64,000 nt of DNA from a virus (taxonomy: Duplodnaviria > Caudoviricetes): the IMG/VR virus record IMGVR_UViG_3300045526_000235, positions 1 through 64,000 of that record, one strand, 5' to 3'. Below the pieces are notes generated by a model that saw only the letters and a program-made list of their open reading frames with translations, searched no databases and was not told where the DNA came from. Below are positions 32,888-42,664 of the stretch, in pieces. Made by a program: the position numbers and the translations under genes. The stretch's first letter is position 1. Every line of letters begins with the position of its first letter.

Positions 32888-33280
32888 TTACCGCCGCAGG
32901 GCTCGCAGGGCTTTGTTGGCGTTCTTGTCCATCTTTAGCGGCTTCTCTCGCCACTTGACGGCCATGCAGTGGCAATGGCCCATAGGCTCCAGCACAGCGT
33001 GCCTGTAAGCCCTGTCCAGCAGAATTTGGTAGGCCTGCCGCTTGATCTTCGTCAATGGCTCTACAGGCTCTTCTAGGCCAGTCCTGGCGAAGTCGGCAAT
33101 TTCCGTGATGTCGTCCAAATCGTCAGTGGTGATGACGAAATGACGACCACGATGACGAGCCTTTTTCCATGCAGGATGCACGGGAGGCTCTTCTGCTGCT
33201 AATGCTTTTGCTTCCTCTTCAAGATGTGGAGGAATGCAGATGCTCACCAAAGGAGGAAGAAAATTCAATTGTCCTTCCAT
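32888..33280 (-). CDS. hypothetical protein
   Basis: 130-aa ORF, co-oriented. Confidence 0.6.
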   Translation of the reverse strand: MEGQLNFLPPLVSICIPPHLEEEAKALAAEEPPVHPAWKKARHRGRHFVITTDDLDDITEIADFARTGLEEPVEPLTKIKRQAYQILLDRAYRHAVLEPMGHCHCMAVKWREKPLKMDKNANKALRALRR

Positions 33281-33447
33281 GGGGAAGAGTAGAAACGGAA
33301 AACGCGCTTACCAAGCGTAAGCTTACTTTCACCAAAGGCGTGATAAAAAGCATCACCCATGTAGCCATTACGCCATGCAAAGCAAAAACTCCCAACGCGC
33401 ATATGACCAGTGATGTCAGTGCAATGGAAAGAAAAGCGGAATGGCAT
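33265..33447 (-). CDS. small hydrophobic hypothetical protein
   Basis: TGATG-coupled to the upstream gene. Confidence 0.45.
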   Translation of the reverse strand: MPFRFSFHCTDITGHMRVGSFCFAWRNGYMGDAFYHAFGESKLTLGKRVFRFYSSPWKDN

Positions 33448-33614
33448 CAATCTAGAGAAGGTTCAGGGAGTGGCTTGATCTCCTCGATCAAAGCCACTTT
33501 TGCATCGGGGCGAATGCTTGCTAGAAAATGTTCAGCTTGCTTGGGAGAAATGGCGCCCAGCGCAATAACTTTACCATCAGCAAGAGTGATGCGAAATGTA
33601 CGACAAGGAGTCAT
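33447..33614 (-). CDS. small hypothetical protein (55 aa)
   Basis: Hand translation MTPCRTFRITLADGKVIALGAISPKQAEHF...; ATGA-coupled. Confidence 0.5.
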   Translation of the reverse strand: MTPCRTFRITLADGKVIALGAISPKQAEHFLASIRPDAKVALIEEIKPLPEPSLD

Positions 33615-34102
33615 GATTGCAAGTCTTCTTCTATATTCTCCAAGATAAATTGGCTGAGGGTTTCATTGAGCATTTGCTTCCAAGATTGACTGCCACCAAA
33701 GCTTTTAATTTCAGCAAGAAGATGCAATGCGTCGGAAATACGAGTGGCGTCCATAATTGCTGATGCTCCAAAGGCAAGATCATCGTTAGCAAAGTGCTCT
33801 TCTGACATTCCAACGTGCAGTTCAAACCACTTTCCTAGGGCAAACAGCGCCACCTGTCGGTAAGCTTCATCACCATGCGCCTCCAGAAGCCCGTCAATTG
33901 TCTTGGCTAGGGCAGGAGGCACGCCTACAGTGCCATGCTCGTTGAGATGGGGCGTGATGCTCTCAGACACTGCCTGCAGCCGTTCTGCCTTGGCTGACTG
34001 AGCAGCCCGCAGGAAGTCGCCAACAGTGGAGAAATCGGAAAATTGATCCAACGAAGAAAAATGCAACACGTTTAGCTTGGCCACCGCAGGTGGCCTTGTC
34101 AA
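33611..34102 (-). CDS. hypothetical protein
   Basis: 163 aa, coupled to the upstream gene. Confidence 0.6.
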   Translation of the reverse strand: MTRPPAVAKLNVLHFSSLDQFSDFSTVGDFLRAAQSAKAERLQAVSESITPHLNEHGTVGVPPALAKTIDGLLEAHGDEAYRQVALFALGKWFELHVGMSEEHFANDDLAFGASAIMDATRISDALHLLAEIKSFGGSQSWKQMLNETLSQFILENIEEDLQS

Positions 34103-34848
34103 TAGTCGTCCTCATTAATTGTTCGTAAAGGAATGGTATCGGGCAATGGTTCCTGCTCTGGCTCTTCGTCGAAACTAATAGTTGTAGCAATGGCAGGCAG
34201 CGAATTATCTCGGCGTTCGTCAGTCGCTTTAGCTTGCTTTTCTTTTTCAATGGTGGATGAAAGATCCTGCAGGAATTTCCTATAGGACGTATCTTGCGTT
34301 TCCACTGGTTTCACTTCATTAAGGCCTAATAGTTTCGCTTGCTCAACCAAGCTATTCTTCGCCACATTTAGGAACGATGCATCACCAGCGCTTTCTTCCA
34401 TCTTTACAATTTCTTTCTCTTCACCATCACCTCCCATGATGGTCACTGTTTTCTTGCGCTTGCTCTTTTCAAAACTATCTAGAGCTAGTTCCTTTAAGTC
34501 CATTTGCTCCTTTAGGAGCCTGGCTCGATGTGTGTCCTGGTTCTTGAGAATTTCTTCCGTATAAAGCAAACGATTGAACTTCCTGTCGCAATTGACTGTT
34601 TCCTTGCTTAACTTAAGGACGTTCGCAATCTGACGATTGCTCAATGATGCTGCCAATAATTCTTGCACCATCCATCGCCGAAGACCAAGCATTTCCTTGC
34701 TATAGCCAGCAGCACCAGTTCCACCATTCACTTTCATCTCGCGAATGGTTTCAAACTGATGCTCTGTGATGCCAGCTTTCTTTAGCGCTTTTCGTGCATA
34801 TTCTTGTTCTTCCTCTGGTGAATTGAATTCAATTTCAGGACGTGCCAT
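34099..34848 (-). CDS. HTH protein, probable terminase small subunit
   Basis: RRWMVQELLAASLSNRQIANVLKLSKETVNCD helix-turn-helix, helical hairpin, AGDASFL...QAKLLGL, acidic tail. Confidence 0.55.
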   Translation of the reverse strand: MARPEIEFNSPEEEQEYARKALKKAGITEHQFETIREMKVNGGTGAAGYSKEMLGLRRWMVQELLAASLSNRQIANVLKLSKETVNCDRKFNRLLYTEEILKNQDTHRARLLKEQMDLKELALDSFEKSKRKKTVTIMGGDGEEKEIVKMEESAGDASFLNVAKNSLVEQAKLLGLNEVKPVETQDTSYRKFLQDLSSTIEKEKQAKATDERRDNSLPAIATTISFDEEPEQEPLPDTIPLRTINEDDY

Positions 34849-34862
34849 GCAACATAGACTAA

Positions 34863-35030
34863 CTATGCTCGCATTGTATCTCCTTTCCCGTGGAGAGTAC
34901 GAACAAATAGTTCAGTGAAGCGTTCCATTTTGGAGGCCACGACAGTGGCCGGAGAATCGTCTATAGCAGCTTTCAATATGCAAAGCTCTTTCCATTCTTC
35001 CTCAGTGAGGGTTCCATTGAGAGAGTTCAT
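34863..35030 (-). CDS. small cyanophage-type protein (55 aa)
   Basis: Hand translation LTEEEWKELCILKAAIDDSPATV...KMERFTELFVRTLHGKGD. Confidence 0.55.
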   Translation of the reverse strand: MNSLNGTLTEEEWKELCILKAAIDDSPATVVASKMERFTELFVRTLHGKGDTMRA

Positions 35031-35172
35031 AGTTCAACAATGCAATGGCATGAAAAATTCCAGCAAGAAGAGCGGTGCTTTAGGCACCGCTCGCCCAAGC
35101 CACTTTAATCTCATGACGACGAATGGCTTCATCAATAAGACGAGCAAGCCTATCGTCGTCTGATTCAGCCAT
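35002..35172 (-). pseudogene. small membrane-protein ORF interrupted by TAA
   Basis: MAESDDDRLARLIDEAIRRHEIKVAWASGA*STALLAGIFHAIALL...; the stop sits in the loop of a 9-bp palindrome. Confidence 0.35.
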
Positions 35173-35175
35173 GCA

Positions 35176-35391
35176 TCAATGATACTGCCAAAACACGCGC
35201 TCCATCAAATCGTCAAATTCATTTAAGCGTTTTGGGCAATACTTTGTAATAAAGCTTTCAAGCTCCTTATGCACGCTGTCCATGATCTCTGCATAGGCAG
35301 CGTTCAAACCATCAGGATGCATTTCCTCGTTGGTCTCACGCTCATACGCCAATGCCATGCAGCTTTTCGGAGAGTCGCAATACTCATGCAT
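35176..35391 (-). CDS. hypothetical protein
   Basis: In-frame ATG 35391 overlapping the upstream stop. Confidence 0.55.
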   Translation of the reverse strand: MHEYCDSPKSCMALAYERETNEEMHPDGLNAAYAEIMDSVHKELESFITKYCPKRLNEFDDLMERVFWQYH

Positions 35392-35626
35392 CTTCACAAA
35401 CCTCCTCTTCGATGGCGAAACCAGTGTCAATCAAATGCTCAATTTCACTTAAGCTAGAACGCCAATGGCGTTCTCCATTTTGATCACGAGCTCCATAGAG
35501 AGTACGGGCCGCTGGTTGCGGCCCTTTTTTAGGCGTTGAGAAACCGTAATGAACCACTGGCAAGATTTCTACGCCATTGTGGACAATCAGCGGCAAGTGA
35601 TCTACTGCCTTAGGAGGATTCAGCAT
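35384..35626 (-). CDS. hypothetical protein
   Basis: 80-aa ORF. Confidence 0.6.
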   Translation of the reverse strand: MLNPPKAVDHLPLIVHNGVEILPVVHYGFSTPKKGPQPAARTLYGARDQNGERHWRSSLSEIEHLIDTGFAIEEEVCEDA

Positions 35627-35686
35627 TGTTCAGGAAATTCCTAGGCAATATTAGGCCCTTTTTTATTGATTTCAGGCTAGTTAGGC

Positions 35687-35832
35687 CTTTTCATCTTGAT
35701 CGTTCCGCCCTTTGGGGCTCCACTCTGGCTTAATCGGCCTGCGGAGGGAGTTTGGTTCTCATCTAGCCTTGTTCTTTTTAGGGAATTTTGGTCTGATGAT
35801 CGTCTCACTCCGCCCCTTTGGGGGGCTCCGTT
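35687..35832. repeat. second cluster of the GC-hairpin/15-mer element
   Basis: 35701-35724 is the reverse complement (23/24) of 19261-19284; 15-mer at 35687-35701; variant hairpin at 35806-35830. Confidence 0.75.
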
Positions 35833-35962
35833 TGCTCTGGCTGACCAGGAAGCGGAGGCTTGGTAGGTCCAGCGCTGGATTTTGGGTGCGCTCGGGACTT
35901 TCCGTGACCAGTCTACCCCACGCCGCCAAATTCCTTAAGCGATGGGACAGTTGGCTAATTGG

Positions 35963-36115
35963 TCACCAGCCGAATCCAGTGCCAGAAGGGGGCTGATACT
36001 GCGTTTCCTCTGTATCCTCCTCGGCCTCCGCAGCCTCCGCAACCTCCGGCTCCAGGGCTTCTACAACGGGAAACTGATCAAACGCATAACCGTTGTCTTC
36101 CCAGATGATTTTCAT
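35963..36115 (-). CDS. small acidic protein (50 aa)
   Basis: Hand translation MKIIWEDNGYAFDQFPVVEALEPEVAEAAEAEEDTEETQYQPPSGTGFGW. Confidence 0.4.
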   Translation of the reverse strand: MKIIWEDNGYAFDQFPVVEALEPEVAEAAEAEEDTEETQYQPPSGTGFGW

Positions 36116-36236
36116 AATTAAAAAGCGCACCGTGTTAACGATGCGCGAAAGATTGTTCTTATACTTTAATCAGTCACCCGCTGTGGTAGGTGACGGGGAG
36201 GCTGTGCAATAGAGCCTCCCTTCTATTGCGAGAAGG

Positions 36237-38234
36237 TTAAAACCAATCGTCTTCGTCTTCCTTTTCAGGAAGACTTTCTATGGTGACGGGCATGCGCTCT
36301 TCTTTTTCAGCCGTTTCCTGAAAATCCAGCTCTGGCTCTTGATAGTTCCAGCTTTGATACAGTCTCGTCCGCTCACCATTGGGACCAACAATAAAGCTAC
36401 TGTCAACCAGTCCCTGACGACGCGCCACTTCAAGCAGTCGTCCGACAGGCACACTATCCCATGATCCAGTGGCAGCAGCCGCTTGACGGCGATCAAAACG
36501 CTCGTGCTTGCGCGTGTTGACCATATTGACTAAACTATCCAGCGCTTCATTGCCACCAGCCACTGGCCCCTTATACCACCAGCCATAAGTGGAAGGATCA
36601 CGCTGCAGGAAATGCTTCCCAGTGAGACCACTACGGCTCTTCGTCCATTCAAACATGAACTGTGTGGAATCAGGATTATTGTCAGTGCGATAGAGTTTCA
36701 CCACTTCACTGACATTGGCTTCAAAGCTAGAGCTATCGCGAATACCGCCGCTTTTGTTTAAGTGGTGGAGGATGACGATGGAGCAACCATATTGATTGGC
36801 AATATCACGCAGTTCGTAAATACAATTACCAGCATCAGAACGAATGAGGTCTACTTCCATGCCAGCAAGGCATGACGTGAGACTGTCGATCATGATGAGT
36901 TGAGGACGATACCGCTTCACATAGGAAAGAAGCTGGGGGATGTTATTAAAACGCCAGCGGTCGATAAAACCAATAGTGTCAGGCGCGAGATCGTCGTCGT
37001 CGTAGCCAATGATTTGCAGCTTTTCCGCTGCATCAACCACTGGCTCATCACATTGAATGATCAATACCTTCCCTTGTTTGCAGCGTCGATTGCTCCAATC
37101 TTTGCCAGTTGCAACGTGCAGCGCCCAGTTATAGAGCAACGTTGATTTACCACTGCCTGGTGCTGCAGCCAGAAGCATGACGCTGCTTTCAGGCAGAATG
37201 CCGGCAATTGTCCATTTACGAGAATCTTCAGACTGTGCAATGCTTTTTGCATCGAGGATTTCCATTTCCTCGCGACCATGCACTCGTCCGCGAGCTTCAG
37301 CTAAAAGCTTTTCCGTTTCTTGAGCATTGAGCTTGATGCCATGGCTTTCCATCCATTGGCGAGCTTCAAACACAATGCGAGCATCGTTGCCATAAAGGCC
37401 AACCATGCGCTCAAACGTTGAGATGATTTCTTCAAACGATGGAAGACCATCCTTCCCTTCGTGCCTGTCTTTAGAAACAATGGATGCAAGAATGATTTCT
37501 TGGTCCGCACCATCTTCCAGCCAATCGGACAGGTCGTAGCCGCCATTCTGCGGCAAGCTTTCCCATTCAAAGCTAGACGGTTCCGCGTAGCACCACTGTG
37601 CTCCGGGATTGTCCATCGCCACTTCTTTCATGAGAGCCACGCCGGGCTCATCACGATCAGGACAGAGGACTAATTTCTCCCCGCGAAACAGAAGAGAATA
37701 GTCTCCGTTCGCACGATATTGTCCACTTCCTCCAAGAAACGTGACGGAAGGAAGGCCTTCTTCCCATAGTTTGTCGCAGGTGAGTTCGCCTTCTACGACA
37801 AAAATAGGCAGTCCAGTTGTGGCTGATGCTTCAATGGCATCTTTATATCGATATGGAAGAATATTGGTGCGTATCTCATCGATAAATGCTTTACGTTGTG
37901 CAGTTTCCTTGGGAACAGTTGGATATGTTTGACGGATGTTTTTCTTGCCAGACGAATCGTCCCTGACAACGTTGATAACCGTCTGCCCATCTCGGTTTTG
38001 GTAGCCAAATGTATAAGCACGAGCCTCGCGCATAGGGCGTTCCCAGCGTTCTAGCGGAGCAAGAATGTTGCGAATCTCAGTGCGATGTTTGGCTGATGGA
38101 TCGTTGAAACAGTTATAAGCACCGTTCTCCTCGTTTACTGAGAAATCATTGCCATTACATGCTGGGCAAATATATTTTCCTGCGTGTTCGCTTTTTTCAA
38201 GCTTTGTCAGGTGGTCAAGGATAGAAAAAGCCAT
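36237..38234 (-). CDS. DNA primase-helicase (Zn finger + TOPRIM + RepA/AAA_25 helicase)
   Basis: CPACNG...NCF, FVVEGELTCD, LCPDRDEPG, AAAPGSGKS, IQCDE, MIDSL and ILHHLNK motifs. Confidence 0.9.
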   Translation of the reverse strand: MAFSILDHLTKLEKSEHAGKYICPACNGNDFSVNEENGAYNCFNDPSAKHRTEIRNILAPLERWERPMREARAYTFGYQNRDGQTVINVVRDDSSGKKNIRQTYPTVPKETAQRKAFIDEIRTNILPYRYKDAIEASATTGLPIFVVEGELTCDKLWEEGLPSVTFLGGSGQYRANGDYSLLFRGEKLVLCPDRDEPGVALMKEVAMDNPGAQWCYAEPSSFEWESLPQNGGYDLSDWLEDGADQEIILASIVSKDRHEGKDGLPSFEEIISTFERMVGLYGNDARIVFEARQWMESHGIKLNAQETEKLLAEARGRVHGREEMEILDAKSIAQSEDSRKWTIAGILPESSVMLLAAAPGSGKSTLLYNWALHVATGKDWSNRRCKQGKVLIIQCDEPVVDAAEKLQIIGYDDDDLAPDTIGFIDRWRFNNIPQLLSYVKRYRPQLIMIDSLTSCLAGMEVDLIRSDAGNCIYELRDIANQYGCSIVILHHLNKSGGIRDSSSFEANVSEVVKLYRTDNNPDSTQFMFEWTKSRSGLTGKHFLQRDPSTYGWWYKGPVAGGNEALDSLVNMVNTRKHERFDRRQAAAATGSWDSVPVGRLLEVARRQGLVDSSFIVGPNGERTRLYQSWNYQEPELDFQETAEKEERMPVTIESLPEKEDEDDWF

Positions 38235-38375
38235 GGGCAAAGCAAAGTCCAAGTGGTTCTAGCAAGAAAACCAGCGTTCGACCATGGTCTCGCAAGACTT
38301 AACGTCCTTTTAAGGAAACCTGCTTGCCATCCTGGCTATGACGGCTATGGTGGCTATGTTCAGACCCTGTTGCCT

Positions 38376-38621
38376 ATGCCCTCTGACTACGGCGAGCCTA
38401 AAAAAAGCCGCCATTTCACGCTCACTGACACTTGCTACAAGCATCTGGGCAACATTGCCCATGAAGCGCGTCAAAGCTTAAGCGAAACAGTAGAGCGCCT
38501 CATTCGTTCCACCCCCACTTGGGAGGGCACTGCCACATTGTCTGATGGTGCGTTTTCAATGGTGGAGGATTACGCCATTTCCAACGTCACCATCGAGGAC
38601 TATGAAGGTTTCAGAGCTTAA
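38376..38621 (+). CDS. ribbon-helix-helix-like DNA-binding protein
   Basis: KKSRHFTLTDTCYKHLGNIAHEARQSLSETVERLIR. Confidence 0.6.
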   Translation: MPSDYGEPKKSRHFTLTDTCYKHLGNIAHEARQSLSETVERLIRSTPTWEGTATLSDGAFSMVEDYAISNVTIEDYEGFRA

Positions 38622-38856
38622 GCTCGCCTGCGAAAAGTTTCTCCTCTCTCATCCTGACACTGAAGTGAAGATGATTTGGGAGCAGGGAGTTTTTGATGAA
38701 GGTTACAACCCTTCCTGCATGGAGGAAGTAACTGATGCAAGAATTATTGCAGATTGGCCGCTTCCTGGTGAAAGCTTAGTATTCCCCAATGAAGATCCCG
38801 GCATGATGTTCGTCATCATGTATGGCGAATATCAACCATACGCGGTTCGCAAATAG
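38602..38856 (+). CDS. hypothetical protein
   Basis: MKVSELK... in-frame ATG 38602. Confidence 0.55.
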   Translation: MKVSELKLACEKFLLSHPDTEVKMIWEQGVFDEGYNPSCMEEVTDARIIADWPLPGESLVFPNEDPGMMFVIMYGEYQPYAVRK

Positions 38857-38859
38857 CGA

Positions 38860-39795
38860 ATGAGCCACACCACTTTCCTTTATTCTCCCTCCGACTTTTC
38901 TGGCATGGAAGATCCGACAAAACAAGCATTACTGGATCGCTACAACGGCATCTTTTCTCCTTTGGAAATCAGCGCTGAGGCATTCCGCGCTGCATACGAC
39001 ACGCCTGACATTGGCCCCCACATTGAGAAGGACTACAAGGGTCTGTCCTATCTGTCCTGGCCTTTTGCATTCCGCTATCTAAAGGAACATTTCCCGACGC
39101 TCTTTGTGGCGTTTGAAGAGAAGACCATTGGCTGGCCCGTATTTGGTGAGCCTGGTGCATACATTCTTCGCCCGTACCTTACGGACGGTGTTCGTCGCAC
39201 TCCTGCTCTGGTCTTTCCAGTGATGGACAGGAAGCACAATTCCATCAAGGAACTAGACGGTCGTTCAATTAGCGACAACATTCAACGCGCAAGCGTTAAG
39301 TGCATCGCCACGTTCACTGGTCTTGGTCTTCGTCTCTATGCAGGCGAAGATATTCCCAAGGAAGATGAAAAAGCCCCATCCAAACTCCCGCTCCAGCAGG
39401 AAGCTCCGAAGCAAGCTACGCGGACAACGACGAAACCAGCACCAGCTAAAGAAACTCCTGCTGATACTGGAGCAAAGGAACCTGCTCCCTTCGATGCAAA
39501 AGCAGCCTTGACTGAATTGTGCAAGGCAAATCCTCTTAGCTATGAGGATGAAAAGAAAAGCATGGCGGCAGGCAAAGCAGCGCTTCAATCCATTGGTCTT
39601 TCCTACGCCACGGAAGTGAAGAGCTGGGAACAGTTTGGCAATGTCGTTCAAGCCATGACCACCATCTGGGCTAAAGAGCAGGGGCTTGTGACCACAAAGA
39701 GCGACATGCGAGCTGAGCTTGACACCATCTGCGCTGCTAAAGACGTGGCTGGGCTCATTGCAAACATGCAAGCGTTTGTCGCAAAAAAGCAATAG
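38860..39795 (+). CDS. DUF1071 (Sak3-like) single-strand annealing protein
   Basis: IEKDYKGLSYLSWPFAF, PVMDRKHNSI and IQRASVKCIA..TGLGLRLYAGED motifs. Confidence 0.8.
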   Translation: MSHTTFLYSPSDFSGMEDPTKQALLDRYNGIFSPLEISAEAFRAAYDTPDIGPHIEKDYKGLSYLSWPFAFRYLKEHFPTLFVAFEEKTIGWPVFGEPGAYILRPYLTDGVRRTPALVFPVMDRKHNSIKELDGRSISDNIQRASVKCIATFTGLGLRLYAGEDIPKEDEKAPSKLPLQQEAPKQATRTTTKPAPAKETPADTGAKEPAPFDAKAALTELCKANPLSYEDEKKSMAAGKAALQSIGLSYATEVKSWEQFGNVVQAMTTIWAKEQGLVTTKSDMRAELDTICAAKDVAGLIANMQAFVAKKQ

Positions 39796-39983
39796 ACCTA
39801 GCAGCGGCCCGTTTACAACGGGCCTTTGCTGGATCCCTATGCATTGATGAAGATGGTCTTCCACTCACTGATCTTCCTCCCTCCTTATTTGGCGAATGAT
39901 CCGCTGGGCCTGTTTCTACTAATGACGCTGGCCGCTACAACGTTTGCTCTCATTGTCCTTTTCATTTGCAGCAGAATTCTTCC

Positions 39984-40178
39984 ATGAGCAGTTGGACTAT
40001 TTCTTATCGCGAGGGTTCCACTCGCTTTGATTATTCTTTTGAGAATATTTATGCGCCAGAAGTGATGGAACATTTTAAGCAGTGCATGCTTGCTGCTGGT
40101 TTCATGGAAGATTCAATTACTACTTCCATGGAAGATTTAATTCAAGACTTGCGTCGCCATGAGCAAAATCTTGCATAA
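39984..40178 (+). CDS. hypothetical protein
   Basis: 64 aa, coupled to the next gene. Confidence 0.5.
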   Translation: MSSWTISYREGSTRFDYSFENIYAPEVMEHFKQCMLAAGFMEDSITTSMEDLIQDLRRHEQNLA

Positions 40179-40491
40179 CCATCGCTCTCTCATTGATGCC
40201 TGTCATGAAGCCTATTGGCGCTTTCCAGATGATTCGCTTAGCAGTGATCGTCGCATTGCTGCGGTGCTTGAAGCCATTGCTAACGATCCTCTTATGGATC
40301 GCTCATATCTTCATCAAATTGCCTCCAAAATTCTCATGCCTGACATTGCCATGTGCGAAGGTGGTGAATGCCCTGTCCGTGAAAATTGTTGGCGTTACAT
40401 GGCGCCTGCTAGCCACTGGCAAAGCTATTTCGGCACGCCGCCATACAACGAAGAAGGTTGTGATTATTTCTGGGACATGAATGAAAAATGA
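40159..40491 (+). CDS. hypothetical protein with Cys-rich C-terminal domain
   Basis: DIAMCEGGECPVRENCWRY...QSYF..PPY....CDYFW phage motif. Confidence 0.65.
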   Translation: MSKILHNHRSLIDACHEAYWRFPDDSLSSDRRIAAVLEAIANDPLMDRSYLHQIASKILMPDIAMCEGGECPVRENCWRYMAPASHWQSYFGTPPYNEEGCDYFWDMNEK

Positions 40492-40718
40492 AAACAAACA
40501 AGGAAGTAGTTCTTGCAAGTGAAACGCTTACGTCTGATGGGCGAATGATGGCTAAATGCCTCATGCAAGAAGATGGCGTAAGCATTGAAGGACTGTTCAA
40601 TCTTTTGGGACAGCTTCAAAGTGACGTGATAGAGCTTCAACGCTCTTTGCGTGATATGGATGGCAAAATTGATGAAGTCCAGTGTGATCTTGGATATCAC
40701 ATTAGGAGTCATGACTGA
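40488..40718 (+). CDS. coiled-coil hypothetical protein
   Basis: 76 aa, ATGA-coupled. Confidence 0.5.
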   Translation: MKTNKEVVLASETLTSDGRMMAKCLMQEDGVSIEGLFNLLGQLQSDVIELQRSLRDMDGKIDEVQCDLGYHIRSHD

Positions 40719-41520
40719 AGTGGGTTGTTACGATCTATGTCTTGCTCGCCTTTCAATGCCAGCGTTTCCCCGCTACGAACCCAATCGGCTCCAGATCAAC
40801 AAGAAACGTTATTACGTCTTGAGCGATTTTCCAAATGTTCCAGAAGGGTATGTTTTGCCTTCTGTGACGACTATTGCGAGCGCGTGTTCGCCGCCTGGCA
40901 AAATTGCAGCGCTCATGAACTGGCGCAAAAAGGTGGGTGACGAGGAGGCAAATCGCCGCACTCGTAATGCCGTAGATCGTGGCAACTGGCTGCATGGCGT
41001 TCTAGAGGATCTCTGGAATGGAGAAGACATTCAAACGCATCTTGACTCTCATGAAGCGTATGTCCCCTACTTTGAAAGCATCGTTGGTTTTCTTGAACGA
41101 GTGGATAGTCCAATGCTCGTTGAAAGTGCCATTGCCTGGTACGATCATGCCCAAGAAATTGGCTACTCGGGAACGTTCGACATGCTCGCCAAAATGAACA
41201 ATGGCGAATATGCATTGCTTGATTGGAAAACTTCTTACAAGGAGAAGCCTGATACACAACTAGCCGACTATCGCATGCAGCTTGGTGCCTACGTGCAGGC
41301 CATTGAGCAAATGTATGACGTGGAGATCAATGAAGCGCATTGCGCCATTGCTATTTACGATCCAGACACCGGCAAAGGACAGGAAGCACAAATTGTGTCC
41401 CTGTCAGCAGGAGAACTTGCCATGCAAGCTGGGATCATGATGCAGAAAACGCAACAGTTTTTCTTTGAGCATTATCCCGGCGGTCGCCCCTTAACAATTT
41501 CTATGGACCGTGGAGCATGA
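40711..41520 (+). CDS. PD-(D/E)xK exonuclease (lambda-exo/Cas4-like)
   Basis: LPSVTTI, RGNWLH, VES, YSGTFD, LLDWKTS and QLGAY motifs; start 40711 or 40756. Confidence 0.85.
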   Translation: MTEVGCYDLCLARLSMPAFPRYEPNRLQINKKRYYVLSDFPNVPEGYVLPSVTTIASACSPPGKIAALMNWRKKVGDEEANRRTRNAVDRGNWLHGVLEDLWNGEDIQTHLDSHEAYVPYFESIVGFLERVDSPMLVESAIAWYDHAQEIGYSGTFDMLAKMNNGEYALLDWKTSYKEKPDTQLADYRMQLGAYVQAIEQMYDVEINEAHCAIAIYDPDTGKGQEAQIVSLSAGELAMQAGIMMQKTQQFFFEHYPGGRPLTISMDRGA

Positions 41521-41590
41521 CTTTTTATGAATGCTCGTTAAGCTTTGTGAAGCCCATCCAGGGTCCACTCAACTCCGCGAGGAACACTAC

Positions 41591-41878
41591 ATGCCCGCTG
41601 GCAACGCTCCTTCTTTTTCCGGCTCTCTTGACCTGACGCCCGACGTGCTTAATGCCATGAAAAAGGCAGGCACCAATGCAAATGGTAATTACAAACTGCG
41701 CTTTGCCCTTTGGGACAATGACAAGCGTGATAAGGACACTGCTCCTCATTTCAAAGGACTGGTGACAGTTCCCGAAATGAATGACAGCCCTAAAGCCTAT
41801 GCTTCGATGTGGAGCAACGATGGCAAAGGCGGTGGTCAAACCGCTTCTCGTCCCGCAGCTAACGACGATCCGTTCTGA
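41591..41878 (+). CDS. small single-stranded DNA-binding protein
   Basis: LRFALWDND...APHFKG OB-like core and acidic NDDPF tail; located next to the annealase and exonuclease. Confidence 0.65.
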   Translation: MPAGNAPSFSGSLDLTPDVLNAMKKAGTNANGNYKLRFALWDNDKRDKDTAPHFKGLVTVPEMNDSPKAYASMWSNDGKGGGQTASRPAANDDPF

Positions 41879-41880
41879 TC

Positions 41881-42087
41881 ATGACTAAAGCCGACAAAGA
41901 TCCTTTGATTTGGGGCATTAGTCTTGTCATTGCATTGATTATTGTCGGCTTTTTCAGTTTTGGCATGGCTTGTTTAGGGGCATGGGCGGTCGTTTCTATA
42001 TGGCCGTCTGTGCCCTTTTTGCCTGTCGCCGTTTTGATTTGGCTGATTATGGCCCTGTTCTCACGCTCTTCTAACAATGCTTCTTAA
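41881..42087 (+). CDS. small membrane protein
   Basis: Two hydrophobic stretches. Confidence 0.6.
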   Translation: MTKADKDPLIWGISLVIALIIVGFFSFGMACLGAWAVVSIWPSVPFLPVAVLIWLIMALFSRSSNNAS

Positions 42088-42661
42088 CGACAAGGAAATT
42101 ACTGTTCTTGCAGAGAATGACATCCTTTTTCCTTTCGTTGGAGAAAAAACTAGGGAACTAGACAATGGCACTAAAGCATTGTCTTATGGACTTTCTCATG
42201 CTGGTTATGACCTTCGTCTTTCCCCAGACGATTTTATGGTCATTAACAACAACAAGGAAGTGGAAGCCCTGGACGTTAAGGCTTTCAACAAGGAACTGAT
42301 GTACAAGGCCACTCCTATTGAGGAGCTTGGCAGTACTTTCTTTATCCTGCCCCCATTTTCCTACGCGCTTGGCGTAAGCTTAGAGCTCATCACGATGCCT
42401 CCAAACGTTATGGGCATCTGTGACGGCAAGTCTACTTATGCGCGTCAAGGTACCATCATTAACGTCACGCCAATTGAGCCTGGTTGGTCTGGTCACCTTA
42501 CTATTTGTATTGTCAATCCCCTGGCTTTTCCAGTACGCATCTATGCAAACGAAGGGATTGTGCAAATCATGTTTGCCCGTCTTGATTCAGACGCACGTCA
42601 GTCCTATGGCAATGGCAAATATCAAAATCAAGGCGCTAGCGTAACATTCGCTGCCGTCTAA
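42077..42661 (+). CDS. dcd: dCTP deaminase
   Basis: LSYGLSHAGYDLRL, GKSTYAR, TPIEPGWSG and EGIVQIMF motifs. Confidence 0.95.
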   Translation: MLLNDKEITVLAENDILFPFVGEKTRELDNGTKALSYGLSHAGYDLRLSPDDFMVINNNKEVEALDVKAFNKELMYKATPIEELGSTFFILPPFSYALGVSLELITMPPNVMGICDGKSTYARQGTIINVTPIEPGWSGHLTICIVNPLAFPVRIYANEGIVQIMFARLDSDARQSYGNGKYQNQGASVTFAAV

Positions 42662-42664
42662 TTT

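Noticed and set aside
40711-41520. Cas4 / CRISPR adaptation gene
   Set aside because: No Fe-S cysteine cluster or Cas1/Cas2; its position beside the annealase and SSB indicates a recombination exonuclease
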